Made by a program: the position numbers and the translations under genes
IMG/VR virus record: IMGVR_UViG_3300046804_005083
Location: 1-64,000 of that record
From: an uncultured virus (IMG/VR IMGVR_UViG_3300046804_005083)
Lineage: Duplodnaviria; Heunggongvirae; Uroviricota; Caudoviricetes
Strand: one strand, 5' to 3'
Length of the DNA stretch: 64,000 nucleotides
In this document: positions 9,316 to 19,674 of the stretch, in pieces
How the letters are laid out: each line of letters opens with the position of its first letter
How positions within the stretch are numbered: the stretch's first letter is position 1
Notes under the pieces: model-generated
Databases searched by the model: none
The model's input: only the letters and a program-made list of their open reading frames with translations
Told to the model about the DNA's origin: nothing

Positions 9316-9828
9316 ATGTATTTTTCTGAGTGGAGAAAACTTCAAAGAGACTGTGGGATGTTTAACATTTCGCAGTCTTTTGTTGCAGAAGGAATATCTA
9401 AAGATGATTTTGAAAAGATAGTTCATACCTTCTTGCCTTTTGTAAAAAAAGAATTGGGTATAAAGGAACTTCCAAAAATTCATTTTGTTGATGATCCAAA
9501 GTTTGCAAAAAGAATCGCAGCATTTGGTCAAATTAAAGATAATCGTATTGTAATTGATATTCAGGGTCGTCAAACTATGGATATCTTGAGAACAGTTGCT
9601 CATGAATTGACACATTATCGTCAACATAAAAGAGGAACTATTGGTAGTGGTCATGCAGGAAGTTCCACTGAAAATGAGGCAAACAAACTTGCTGGAACTA
9701 TAGTAAGAAAGTTTGGTGAGAAACATTCTGGTCTATTTCAATTACCGTCAGTAAATGAAGCAAAGAAAAGAAAAAGAAGAAATATGATTGATATTGATTC
9801 TGAGCATTATCCAATAGAGTTGTCTTGA
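9316..9828 (+). CDS. Putative zinc metallopeptidase (HEXXH)
   Basis: LRTVAHELTHYRQ plus downstream ENEAN third-ligand motif. Confidence 0.7.
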   Translation: MYFSEWRKLQRDCGMFNISQSFVAEGISKDDFEKIVHTFLPFVKKELGIKELPKIHFVDDPKFAKRIAAFGQIKDNRIVIDIQGRQTMDILRTVAHELTHYRQHKRGTIGSGHAGSSTENEANKLAGTIVRKFGEKHSGLFQLPSVNEAKKRKRRNMIDIDSEHYPIELS

Positions 9829-9859
9829 ATTATAAATAACTAGAAAGTAATTCGTAACA

Positions 9860-11026
9860 ATGGCGATGGATTCAAAGGAAATTAGAGGTTTGTGCGAAGC
9901 ATATTCTGCCGTTTATAATGAAGATCTTAGAGATGAATTAGAAACTTTTTCAATCGAGGAAGATCTCTCAATCATTGATGATCTAAGTGATAATGAGTTG
10001 GATTTAGTAATGGAAAATATTTTTCTCTCAGGAGAATTTGATATTGATGAGTGCTTTGAATCTTTAGATCTTGTTCTCAGTGAAGCAACAGTAACAAGTT
10101 CTGAGGATAGACCTTCTGGTTCTGCAAGAGTTACTTCAAGTGCAGAAAGACCAAGTAGAGCAAAGAGAACTTCAGAAAGACAAAAACAAGTTAGAGTTGG
10201 TAGAATTGCTCAAGCAGCTCAACGTGCTGGAGAAAGGGTAAAGTCGGGTGTTGTAGGTAAAGCAAAGGCAGCAGGTGCAAAGGTTGCTTCTGCTACTCAA
10301 AAGGTAAAGGGATTTTTGGGTAAGGTTGGTCGTGCTGCTGCGGCAGGAGCATCTGCTGCTAGAAAAGAATTCGGTGGTGAGGCAGGAAGAGAAGCAAAGG
10401 CAAGAAAAACTGGTCGTCAAATGAGACGAGCAGCAAGAAAACAAGCATCTGCTGCTAGAGCAAAAGATACTAGTGCTTTCCAAAAACCAAAAGCACCTGT
10501 TGGAACTTCAGCAAATCCCAGAATTGGTCAACCTGGAAAAGAAAGACCAGCACTTCCTGCAGCAAAGACTAAAACAGTTTCTGTAGATAGAAGAAAAGCA
10601 GCAGCTGCTAAACTTGCTTCTGCAGCTGCTGGATCTGGACCATCCGGATCAGTTCAGCAAGGACAACCTGCTGGAACTTTTAAAACCAAAAAGTCTAGAA
10701 TGCAAGCACAAAAAAGAGAGGCAAGACTTACTGCAGCAGAGAGTTTTGAACTTCTGGATATTTTAGTTCAAGATATGATTAATGATGGATATGTAAACAG
10801 TGTTCATGAAGCATACGATTTAATTGAGAATTTGGATGATACTCAAACTATCAATTTAGTTGAATCATATCTAATTGAAGAGGTAGAAACTCTAGATCTT
10901 TATGATGTAGTTCTTGAGCATCTGATTGAGAATGGATATGCTGAAACTGAAGAGGCAGCAGAAGTCATCATGGTAAACATGAGTGAAGAGTGGAGAGAAG
11001 AAATTCTACGTAAAAATAATGGATGA
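9860..11026 (+). CDS. Late protein, probable internal virion protein (acidic ends, Ala/Lys/Arg-rich core)
   Basis: TATAAATA at 9831; C-terminal LYDVVLEHLIENGYAETEEAAEVIMVNMSEEW module. Confidence 0.7.
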   Translation: MAMDSKEIRGLCEAYSAVYNEDLRDELETFSIEEDLSIIDDLSDNELDLVMENIFLSGEFDIDECFESLDLVLSEATVTSSEDRPSGSARVTSSAERPSRAKRTSERQKQVRVGRIAQAAQRAGERVKSGVVGKAKAAGAKVASATQKVKGFLGKVGRAAAAGASAARKEFGGEAGREAKARKTGRQMRRAARKQASAARAKDTSAFQKPKAPVGTSANPRIGQPGKERPALPAAKTKTVSVDRRKAAAAKLASAAAGSGPSGSVQQGQPAGTFKTKKSRMQAQKREARLTAAESFELLDILVQDMINDGYVNSVHEAYDLIENLDDTQTINLVESYLIEEVETLDLYDVVLEHLIENGYAETEEAAEVIMVNMSEEWREEILRKNNG

Positions 11027-11055
11027 GAAATGAGTAAAAAGTAAATAAAAAAATT

Positions 11056-11078
11056 AACCACCTTCGGGTGGTTTTTTT
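11056..11078 (+). terminator. Intrinsic terminator with UUCG tetraloop
   Basis: aaccacc-ttcg-ggtggtt followed by a T run. Confidence 0.85.
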
Positions 11079-11132
11079 GTTCCTATAAATATAGAAAACG
11101 TTGAAAATAAATAAAGTATAATAGAAAATAAT

Positions 11133-12425
11133 ATGAAGAGTTTTTTCTACTTTCTATCAGAAGCAAAGCAGTCACGGGCTTCAATGCAGGCAAAGAAGCT
11201 TGGTCTGCGAGGAGACGGTCATGGTGGATGGGTTGACCGTAGTGGAAAAACTGTAGCAAGAACAGAAGATGGTAAACTGCAGTTTATTGATGGTAGAGAA
11301 GCAGCAGCACAAGAAACTCAAGCAAAGCAACCAACTGCTGCAACACCTATCCCAACACAAGCACCTAAACAGCAAGCACCGGTTACTCCTACTCCGCAAG
11401 TACAGAAAGCACCTTCAGATGAAGAGAAACCAGAAGAGGGTGGAACAGTTACTATAGTTTTTGGACGTTTCAATCCACCTACAGTTGGACATGAAAAACT
11501 TTTAAAATCTGCAAAGAGAATTTCTGCAGGAAGTGATATTAAGATATATCCATCAAGAACACAGGATTCTAAAAAGAATCCTCTGGAAGCATCAACAAAA
11601 ATATCTTATATGAGAAAGATGTTCCCAGAATTTAAAGATAATATTATTAACGATCCTGATATGAAAACAATTTTTAATGTGTTAACCACTGCATATGAAG
11701 ATGGATATTCAAATGTTAACATTGTAGTAGGTTCTGATCGTCAAGCAGAGTTTGAAAATCTTGCTCAGAAGTATAATGGAGATCTTTACACTTTTGATTT
11801 GATTCGTGTTGTATCTGCTGGTGTTCGTGATGCAGATGCTGAAGGTGTGGAAGGAATGTCGGCATCTAAAATGAGAAAAGCAGTTATGGACAATGACTTT
11901 GAATCTTTCCGTAGAGGAACTCCTAAGACATTAGATGATGGAGATGCACAGACTTTATTTGATGCTGTTCGTCAGGGAATGAAAGTTAAGAAAACTAAAG
12001 TTAAAAAGGAAAGTTATAATGTTTGGGAAATTGCTCCAAAGTGTGACATGAAAAATCTTCGTGAAAATTATGTAAGGGGTAAAATTTTTAGAATTGGAGA
12101 TAAGGTTGAAAACTTAAATACTGGTTTGATTGGTGAGGTAATGCGTAGAGGAACTAATCATTTAATCTGTGTAACTGAAGAAGGTTATATGTTTAAATCT
12201 TGGATTAAAGATTTGATGGAATATACTGAAGTAAAAGTGGATAGTCCAATGAGAGATAAAACTCATCCTACTACTTTAGTCGGTACAAAAGGAACATTTA
12301 TAAATTATGCGTCAAAAACTCCAGGTGCAATTGGTACTGGAAAACAAAATTTGCAAATGGGAGGAAAGGCTTATGGTATCAATTTCATAAATAAGTATAA
12401 GGCAAAGAAAGTAAGTACTTATTAA
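11133..12425 (+). CDS. Cytidylyltransferase-like (HIGH superfamily) nucleotidyltransferase
   Basis: FGRFNPPTVGHEKL, VVGSDR, MSASKMR motifs; late promoter TATAAATA at ~11084. Confidence 0.85.
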   Translation: MKSFFYFLSEAKQSRASMQAKKLGLRGDGHGGWVDRSGKTVARTEDGKLQFIDGREAAAQETQAKQPTAATPIPTQAPKQQAPVTPTPQVQKAPSDEEKPEEGGTVTIVFGRFNPPTVGHEKLLKSAKRISAGSDIKIYPSRTQDSKKNPLEASTKISYMRKMFPEFKDNIINDPDMKTIFNVLTTAYEDGYSNVNIVVGSDRQAEFENLAQKYNGDLYTFDLIRVVSAGVRDADAEGVEGMSASKMRKAVMDNDFESFRRGTPKTLDDGDAQTLFDAVRQGMKVKKTKVKKESYNVWEIAPKCDMKNLRENYVRGKIFRIGDKVENLNTGLIGEVMRRGTNHLICVTEEGYMFKSWIKDLMEYTEVKVDSPMRDKTHPTTLVGTKGTFINYASKTPGAIGTGKQNLQMGGKAYGINFINKYKAKKVSTY

Positions 12426-12426
12426 G

Positions 12427-13842
12427 ATGTCTATTAATCCTCTGAACGATATTTCTAAAGTTTATTTGGAGCAGGTTGCTGAATCGGCAGTTCCTGGTAA
12501 ACCTGCAGAAAAACTTGGTGCTGTGACTGCTATTCCGCAAGAGGAACGTGATGCTGCAAGAAAAAGAGCACTTGCAAAAGCAGCTGCTATAAGAGCAAAG
12601 AAAGGTATTAAAGAAGCAACAAAAGCAAAACCAGATTATTTGGATTTTGATGGAGATGGTAATACGAAAGAGTCAATGAAAAAAGCTTTAAGAGATAAAG
12701 CAAAACAAAAAGTACAAGAAGCAAAAAAACCAAATGATGGTAATTTAGCAAACAACTATCCTCCATATGACAAAGTTACTAGAGGAGATATAATTGCTGG
12801 CGCTCTAGGTCAAGATCAAATGGGAGGTAAAAAAAAGAAAAAATCAGTAAAAGAAGGATATTCAAATTGGAGAGAGGAACTTTCCGAAGTAATAGAAGTA
12901 GTTGGAAAGGATAAGAATGATGAAAAAATAATAGAGAAAAAAGTCAGTAATAAAATTAAAATTAATCCAAGCATACGTGAAGCAGTAGAAAATCTTGGTG
13001 GAATTCTTCTAGAAATGGAAGAACTTGATGAGAAAGCTTATAGAAATCTAGGTGTCGGTAGGGTTGAAAGAGTAAGTAGTGGTTCTTATGTTGCGCCAGA
13101 AACAACAGGTGCTGCTGCTAAGAAAAAATCTGCAGCTGCTGCGTCAAAATCAAAACCAGAAAAACCAGTTACTGCAATTACAACTGTTGAGAAACCTAAA
13201 CCAAAAGCAAAACCAGAAAAACCAGTTGCGGTAAATGTTGAGAAACCTCAACCAAAAGAAGAAGGAAGAAGAGCAAGAAGAAGAAGGAAGAGTAGTCCTT
13301 CCTATCCCGAAATCAAAGCAGGTATTGAAGCAAGAGAGGCAAAGAAAAAAAGAAGAGGAAAGAAAAAAAGAACTGATAAGTTAGATGATTTACTTGCTTC
13401 AATAAGAAGTGAAAAAAATGAAAGTTTTCAACTTTCAGAAAAGGCAGAGAGTGAACAGCAACAAAAACTTTTTGGACTTGCTCTTTCAGTAAAAAGAGGA
13501 CAAACATCAAGATCTGAAGTAAGTGATGCTGTTCTTAAAATTGCTGATGGTATGAGTGAGAAAAAGATTCGTGATTTTGCTAAAACTAAGCACGAAGGAC
13601 TTCCTAAAAAAGTTGAAACAAAGGAAGAAGCAATTCAATATGCTTTGATTGATAGAATGACAAAAAAGATTGCAGAGCAAGCAGTAGAAACACCAAAAAA
13701 AACTCCACAACAGAAAAACATTAGTCAACTTAATCAAGTTTTGACTGCAAAGAAAACTGTTAATGATGCTCAAAAGAAACTTGATCAAGCTTTAAAAACT
13801 GCTGCTCAAAGAAACCTTGATTTACAATCTATCTCTTCATAA
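12427..13842 (+). CDS. Modular Lys/Glu-rich late protein, probable internal head protein
   Basis: 471-aa ORF of short modules (PDYLDFDGDG; AESEQQQKLFGLAL...DFAKTKHEGLP). Confidence 0.7.
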   Translation: MSINPLNDISKVYLEQVAESAVPGKPAEKLGAVTAIPQEERDAARKRALAKAAAIRAKKGIKEATKAKPDYLDFDGDGNTKESMKKALRDKAKQKVQEAKKPNDGNLANNYPPYDKVTRGDIIAGALGQDQMGGKKKKKSVKEGYSNWREELSEVIEVVGKDKNDEKIIEKKVSNKIKINPSIREAVENLGGILLEMEELDEKAYRNLGVGRVERVSSGSYVAPETTGAAAKKKSAAAASKSKPEKPVTAITTVEKPKPKAKPEKPVAVNVEKPQPKEEGRRARRRRKSSPSYPEIKAGIEAREAKKKRRGKKKRTDKLDDLLASIRSEKNESFQLSEKAESEQQQKLFGLALSVKRGQTSRSEVSDAVLKIADGMSEKKIRDFAKTKHEGLPKKVETKEEAIQYALIDRMTKKIAEQAVETPKKTPQQKNISQLNQVLTAKKTVNDAQKKLDQALKTAAQRNLDLQSISS

Positions 13843-13892
13843 GAGTTAAATCCTAAATAGGAGAGGATACTCTCTATAAGGAGGACAACATC

Positions 13893-14063
13893 ATGGGTGC
13901 ATTAGTAAATGCTTTAAAACCACTTCTTATTGCTGCCATGAATTCTTGCCAAACCAAGAAACTTGTATGTGAACTTCTTGATCGTTATGTAAATACAACT
14001 GACAATGACATTGATAATGTAATTGCAGCAACAGTAAGAACAGCACTTCTCAAAGATTGCTGA
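13893..14063 (+). CDS. Small hypothetical protein (56 aa)
   Basis: Manually read MGALVNALKP...TDNDIDN...KDC*, with strong SD AGGAGG. Confidence 0.65.
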   Translation: MGALVNALKPLLIAAMNSCQTKKLVCELLDRYVNTTDNDIDNVIAATVRTALLKDC

Positions 14064-14279
14064 TGCTTACTTGTTTATTGACAAATTGGGGAGCTACTGT
14101 TATTCTTGCTTTACTTTTATCTTTTTCGGAATTTCTTGCGAAAACAGAACGATTTAAAGAGAATGGAATAATAGATTTTATATCTTATTATTTGAGATTA
14201 GTGTTAAAGAGGGATCAAAACTAAGGTCTCTCTTTTTTATAAATATTTCATAGCAAATAATTTTTACGGAAGAAAAAAC

Positions 14280-15053
14280 ATGGCACTCTGGGGAAATAAT
14301 GATGCAAAAGGTTCTGGTGGAACAGTATCTCTAAACTATGCCACCCTAACTGTTACTGGTAGTGGAACAACTTTCGGACAAGTTGGTGCAGCTGCAACTG
14401 GTGATGTAATTCGTTTTGGGTTAAGAACAGGAACTTATTATGGTGATGCCGTAATTGTTGGAATTGCAAGTACAACTCAACTTTCAATTGCTTCCACTTC
14501 TAATCTAAGTGGTGCTTCTATTTCTGGGGTACAATTTGACATTAGTCAACTTCCCAAGTACACAGTTCTTGATAGTACTTTCAGTGCAGCAAACATTGCA
14601 AGTCCCTCTTTTGTTTCTATTTCATATGTTGGTACTGCAACAACAAATGCTGGAATTGGAACAAATATTGTTCCTGTAGTTGTTAAGAGTGGTGCAACTA
14701 CTGTAGTTGTTGGAGATGCTCTTGTAAATAATGGCAACAATATACAAATTACAGCAATTGGTGCAGCAAATATTTCTTTAGCATCGACAATTAGTGCTGG
14801 AATTGCTACTGGTGCTACTCTCACATTTAAGAGACTTGCTGATGGTTATTCCAAGTCTGTTTATGGTGTAGCAGATGCTGGAATTGCTGCAGCACAAGGA
14901 ACTGCATATGAACTAACTCATGAAGGATGGGTTGGACTTACAACTTATAGAGGTTCTGAAGGAGAATTGAGAGTTAAGAAAGAAGTTCTTGTTGCAATGT
15001 CTGGAATTACCACTGGAAACACTCCATTGTATGATGCAAATCCACTAGTATGA
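14280..15053 (+). CDS. Probable virion structural protein (Gly/Thr/Ala-rich, beta-rich)
   Basis: MALWGNND start and HEGWVG...RVKKEVLVAM C-terminus; TATAAATA upstream. Confidence 0.7.
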   Translation: MALWGNNDAKGSGGTVSLNYATLTVTGSGTTFGQVGAAATGDVIRFGLRTGTYYGDAVIVGIASTTQLSIASTSNLSGASISGVQFDISQLPKYTVLDSTFSAANIASPSFVSISYVGTATTNAGIGTNIVPVVVKSGATTVVVGDALVNNGNNIQITAIGAANISLASTISAGIATGATLTFKRLADGYSKSVYGVADAGIAAAQGTAYELTHEGWVGLTTYRGSEGELRVKKEVLVAMSGITTGNTPLYDANPLV

Positions 15054-15059
15054 TAACTT

Positions 15060-15452
15060 ATGATTTTTAATGAACTGAATGAGGATAATTTCCTCTTATT
15101 TGCTATTAAAAATTATGAGAATCCTCAGGCAGTCACTAAGGAAGATTTTGATAAGGATTTAAATCATTTCAAGTATATTAAAAGATTGTTGAAAAGATAT
15201 AAAAAATCAGGTGAACTAAAAACTCACCTGATTTTAAATCACTTTATAATTCTTTATAATATATTTGGTGAAGCAGCAACTCCTATGTTATTTTTTAAGA
15301 TTGAAAAGGAGTTATGGTCTTCTTTAAAATCTTTTGTATTATTTTTGGGAAAACTTCCCGAATATCCAAAATCAGGTATTCATGATATTCAAGTTGACTT
15401 ATATTGTTTGTCGCAACTTTACAAAATCTACAATGGAAAAGAAGAAGATTGA
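15060..15452 (+). CDS. Conserved T4-like phage hypothetical protein
   Basis: FAIKNYENP...FKYIKRLL...LILNH. Confidence 0.75.
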   Translation: MIFNELNEDNFLLFAIKNYENPQAVTKEDFDKDLNHFKYIKRLLKRYKKSGELKTHLILNHFIILYNIFGEAATPMLFFKIEKELWSSLKSFVLFLGKLPEYPKSGIHDIQVDLYCLSQLYKIYNGKEED

Positions 15453-15672
15453 TAGAATTATTGAAGCATTTCGGAATTATATAAATCTGAAAGAAGAAGG
15501 AATGGTTGTAGGTCCAACTAATAATGTTGGTGGTGGAAAAATATCAGGAACTCCTCAAGCAGATCCTGGAAACCCTCCAGTGTTCAGAAAAAGAAAAAAA
15601 GATGAGAAGAAACCGCAGAAATATATTTATCAAAAAGGATTGAGAAAGTGGTGGCGTCAGAATATTGGATAA
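15433..15672 (+). CDS. Hypothetical protein
   Basis: MEKKKIDRII...PTNNVGGGKISG; ATG at 15433. Confidence 0.55.
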   Translation: MEKKKIDRIIEAFRNYINLKEEGMVVGPTNNVGGGKISGTPQADPGNPPVFRKRKKDEKKPQKYIYQKGLRKWWRQNIG

Positions 15673-15742
15673 AATAAATAATAACAAAACTACTTGAGTT
15701 GCTTGTTTTAGTAGTATACGAAAATAATAACTCAAAAAAAAA

Positions 15743-16180
15743 ATGTTTAATCCTAATCAATCTGCAGATACTAAAATTGCTGTATTAGAAGAACGTCTTT
15801 CATCTTATGAAATTATGATGAAAAAAATTGATGAAGCAATTCAGATTATGGGAAAGACAAGTCAAAATATCAGTAAAATGCTTGCAGTTCATGATGAAAG
15901 AATTGAGCAGTGTCACAAAGCAGATGATTATATTGGGAGAGTTATAGAAGAATTGCGATTGGAAAATAAAGATCAACATGAAGCAGTATCAGAAAGAATT
16001 GATAAGATAGAAGTAGAAGTAAAAGAAATAGGTAAAATTAAATGGATGACTGTCGGATGTGGAATTCTTCTCGCAGTTTTAACAACAGCATTTTCAACAC
16101 TTGCTTCTGGATGGTGGACACCATCAGAAATGCAAATGCAACATCAGGGACATATTCATCAACAAAATGTTACTGATTAA
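15743..16180 (+). CDS. Coiled-coil protein with C-terminal transmembrane helix
   Basis: Heptad-like N-terminal part; hydrophobic WMTVGCGILLAVLTTAF. Confidence 0.65.
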   Translation: MFNPNQSADTKIAVLEERLSSYEIMMKKIDEAIQIMGKTSQNISKMLAVHDERIEQCHKADDYIGRVIEELRLENKDQHEAVSERIDKIEVEVKEIGKIKWMTVGCGILLAVLTTAFSTLASGWWTPSEMQMQHQGHIHQQNVTD

Positions 16181-16355
16181 TAAATAATCAAGTGTTGGCA
16201 TAAGATGCCAATGAAAACTAAAAAGAAAATAACAAACTACACTCTACAAAAGACAACAAATTCAGTCATTAAGTGGACGGCAATAATCACCTCTCTGTGT
16301 CTTGACAAAGTAAGATAAACAAGTAGAATAGTAGGACTGTTCTCTCAACCTGATT

Positions 16356-17324
16356 ATGGATTTTGTTGATGTTAAGTACATCAATTTGATTTCTTCTCGA
16401 CTTCAAAGATTTAAAAAGGTCAAAAATAATCTTTATAACTTTAGGTGTCCAATATGCGGAGATTCGCAGAAAAATAAAACGAAGGCTAGGGGATACCTGT
16501 ATCAAGTAAAAAACAATACAAATTATAAGTGTCATAATTGTGGATTAAATATATCCTTTAATAATTTTCTAAAACAAATTGATAATACGACACACAAACA
16601 ATACATTTTTGAGAAATTTAAAGAGGGACATTCTGGGAAAAACTTTACTGCAGAAAAACCAAAACTGGAATTTACTGCTCCAAAATTTAAACCGAAATTG
16701 GATCTACCAAAAGCATCTGCAAATACCTTTGCAAAAAAATATCTGGAAGATAGAAAATTAAACCCGGATAAATTTTATTACACGGACAATTTTAAATCGT
16801 GGACCAATTCTATAAAGAAAGTCTTCGATGATACTTCTAAAGATGAACCTAGGATTATTATTCCTTTGTTCTATCAAAATACACTTATCGGATTTCAAGG
16901 AAGAGCACTTGGTCCAAATAAAGTTAAATATATCACTATAATGCTGGATGATGATGCTCCAAAAATATACGGTCTTGATGAAATCGACAAAAGTAAAACA
17001 GTCTACATTACCGAAGGTCCTTTTGATTCAACATTCATACATAACTCTATTGCACTCTGCGGTGCTGATGGTGATGTTAGTAAGTGGGGTATTAACGACT
17101 GTGTGTGGATATATGATAACGAACCACGTAATTCAGAAATCTTATCCAGAATATCCCGTGTCATTGAAAGTGGACAAAAAATTGTAATATGGCCTTCAAC
17201 TGTAAATCAAAAAGACATTAATGATATGATTTTATCTGGACTTAATGTTCAGTCTATGATAGAATTAAATACCTATTCTGGTTTAGAAGCAAAACTTAAG
17301 TTTACCACCTGGAAAAAAATATGA
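16356..17324 (+). CDS. gp61: DNA primase (gp61)
   Basis: Zn finger RCPICGDS...KCHNC; TOPRIM EGPFDS, YDNEPRN, KDINDM. Confidence 0.95.
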   Translation: MDFVDVKYINLISSRLQRFKKVKNNLYNFRCPICGDSQKNKTKARGYLYQVKNNTNYKCHNCGLNISFNNFLKQIDNTTHKQYIFEKFKEGHSGKNFTAEKPKLEFTAPKFKPKLDLPKASANTFAKKYLEDRKLNPDKFYYTDNFKSWTNSIKKVFDDTSKDEPRIIIPLFYQNTLIGFQGRALGPNKVKYITIMLDDDAPKIYGLDEIDKSKTVYITEGPFDSTFIHNSIALCGADGDVSKWGINDCVWIYDNEPRNSEILSRISRVIESGQKIVIWPSTVNQKDINDMILSGLNVQSMIELNTYSGLEAKLKFTTWKKI

Positions 17325-19621
17325 GCAACGGAACCAAAGTTAAAAAACGTGATGGAAGAATTGAGTCACTTGACCTAGAGAAGATGCACTTGATGGTTGA
17401 AGAGGCATGTAAGGGTCTTGCAGGGGTCTCTGCGAGTCAAGTTGAGATGACCTCTGGTATACAGTTTTATGATGGAATTACTACTGCAGAAATTCAAGAG
17501 ATTTTGATTCGTAGTGCTAGTGACCTAATTGATTTGGATCATCCAAATTACCAATATGTTGCTGCTCGTTTGCTCCTTTTTGCCGTTCGTAAGCAATTGT
17601 ATGGAAAAATGCGAGAACTTCCTGATCTTGAACAACACATTTATAATTGTGTAAATTCTGAAGTATATGACTCTGATATTTACAGTAAGTATTCTAAAGA
17701 AGATATTGTTAAGGCAAATTCATATATTGATCATGATCGAGATTATCTTTTCACTTATGCGGGCCTTCGTCAGGTAGTAGATAAATATTTGGTTCAGGAT
17801 CGTAGTAGTGGTGGAGTATATGAAACTCCTCAGTTTATGTACATGATGATTGCTCTGACAATCTTTGCCGAATATCCCAAAGAAACAAGAATGTCATACG
17901 TTAAGAGGTACTATGACGCAATCTCAAAACACAAAATCAACATCCCAACCCCAATCATGGCAGGAGTGCGAACTCCGCTTAGACAATTTGCTAGCTGTGT
18001 TCTTGTTGACGTTGATGACACCCTCGATAGTATCTTTAGCAGTGATATGGCTATTGGCAGATACGTTGCACAGAGGGCGGGCATCGGCATCAACGCAGGT
18101 CGAATCCGTGGCATCAATTCTAAAATCAGAGGTGGAGAAGTTCAACATACAGGTGTTGTCCCTTTCCTCAAGAAGTTTGAGGCGACTGTCCGATGCTGCA
18201 CACAAAATGGCATTAGAGGTGGAAGCGCAACTGTCCACTTCCCAATTTGGCACCAAGAAATAGAGGATATTCTGGTACTAAAAAACAATAAAGGTACAGA
18301 GGATAATCGTGTTCGTAAACTTGATTACAGTATTCAAATTAGCAAACTCTTCTATGAAAGGTTCATTCAAGATGGTGAGATCACGCTTTTCTCCCCACAT
18401 GATGTACCTGGACTATATGATAGCTTCGGACTCCCTAATTTTGATGATCTCTACGTTTCGTATGAAAAAGATCCGTCCATTAAGAAAAAAACTGTTAAAG
18501 CACAGGAACTTATTCTTGACCTTCTCAAGGAACGTGCAGAAACGGGTCGTATCTACATTATGAATATTGATCATTGTAATTCTCATTCTTCATTTAAAGA
18601 TAAAGTCGAGATGAGTAATTTGTGTCAAGAGATTACTCTTCCAACATATCCAATTCAGCATATTGATGATACTAGTGGTGAAATTGCTCTTTGCATTCTT
18701 TCTGCTATTAACGTTGGTAAAGTAAAGTCTGATGAAGAACTTGAAGAACTATGCGATCTTTCAGTTCGTGGACTTGATGAACTGATTGATTACCAGAAGT
18801 ATCCTGTGGCAGCAGCAGAACTTGCTACAAAGGCACGTAGATCCCTTGGGATTGGTTTTATTGGTCTTGCTCATTATCTTGCTAAACTTGGATTTAACTA
18901 TGACTCTCAGGAGGCATGGGATGCAGTTCATGGACTTTCTGAGTCATTCCAATATTATCTCTTGAAAGCATCCAATCAACTTGCTAAAGAAAAGGGTTAT
19001 TGTGAATACTTTGGACGTACTAAGTATGCTGATGGTATTCTTCCGATTGATACTTACAAAAAGGATGTAGATGAAATTTCTTCCGTCGCATATGAACACG
19101 ATTGGGAATCTCTCAGAACTTCTATCTTGGAACACGGTCTCAGGCACTCAACACTGTCCGCACAGATGCCATCGGAGAGCAGTTCCGTTGTGTCAAATGC
19201 CACAAACGGAATTGAACCTCCTAGAGATTACTTGTCCGTTAAGAAGTCCAAAAAAGGACCTCTCAAACAGATTGTTCCGCAGTATCATACCCTTAAGAAC
19301 AACTATACACTTCTTTGGGAGATGTCTAGCAATCGTGGGTATATTAATATTGTTGCAGTTATGCAGAAGTTCTTTGATCAAGCGATTTCTGGAAACTGGT
19401 CCTATAATCCAGAGAATTATGAAAACAATGAAGTTCCTACTTCAGTGATGGCGCACGATATGCTTTACTCATATTCTGTTGGTTGGAAAACGAGTTATTA
19501 TCAAAACACCTATGATATTAAGACCGATGAAGTAGTGGAAGAACCAAAACAAGACCTTCAATCACTCCTTCAAGAACTTTCTGGTGCTGAAGAGGAAGAT
19601 TGCGAAAGTTGTAAAATTTGA
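17321..19621 (+). CDS. nrdA: Ribonucleotide reductase class Ia alpha subunit
   Basis: ATP-cone, PTPIMAG, QFASC, SNLCQEI, C-terminal CESC. Confidence 0.97.
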   Translation: MSNGTKVKKRDGRIESLDLEKMHLMVEEACKGLAGVSASQVEMTSGIQFYDGITTAEIQEILIRSASDLIDLDHPNYQYVAARLLLFAVRKQLYGKMRELPDLEQHIYNCVNSEVYDSDIYSKYSKEDIVKANSYIDHDRDYLFTYAGLRQVVDKYLVQDRSSGGVYETPQFMYMMIALTIFAEYPKETRMSYVKRYYDAISKHKINIPTPIMAGVRTPLRQFASCVLVDVDDTLDSIFSSDMAIGRYVAQRAGIGINAGRIRGINSKIRGGEVQHTGVVPFLKKFEATVRCCTQNGIRGGSATVHFPIWHQEIEDILVLKNNKGTEDNRVRKLDYSIQISKLFYERFIQDGEITLFSPHDVPGLYDSFGLPNFDDLYVSYEKDPSIKKKTVKAQELILDLLKERAETGRIYIMNIDHCNSHSSFKDKVEMSNLCQEITLPTYPIQHIDDTSGEIALCILSAINVGKVKSDEELEELCDLSVRGLDELIDYQKYPVAAAELATKARRSLGIGFIGLAHYLAKLGFNYDSQEAWDAVHGLSESFQYYLLKASNQLAKEKGYCEYFGRTKYADGILPIDTYKKDVDEISSVAYEHDWESLRTSILEHGLRHSTLSAQMPSESSSVVSNATNGIEPPRDYLSVKKSKKGPLKQIVPQYHTLKNNYTLLWEMSSNRGYINIVAVMQKFFDQAISGNWSYNPENYENNEVPTSVMAHDMLYSYSVGWKTSYYQNTYDIKTDEVVEEPKQDLQSLLQELSGAEEEDCESCKI

Positions 19622-19629
19622 CGAAAGTG

Positions 19630-19665
19630 TAAAGACCTGTTATTATAAATAGTAATAGGTCTTTA
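19630..19665 (+). promoter_or_regulatory. Late promoter at the apex of a 16-bp hairpin upstream of the endonuclease
   Basis: taaagacctgttatta-taaa-tagtaataggtcttta, with TATAAATA at 19644-51. Confidence 0.75.
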
Positions 19666-19674
19666 TTTTATCTT

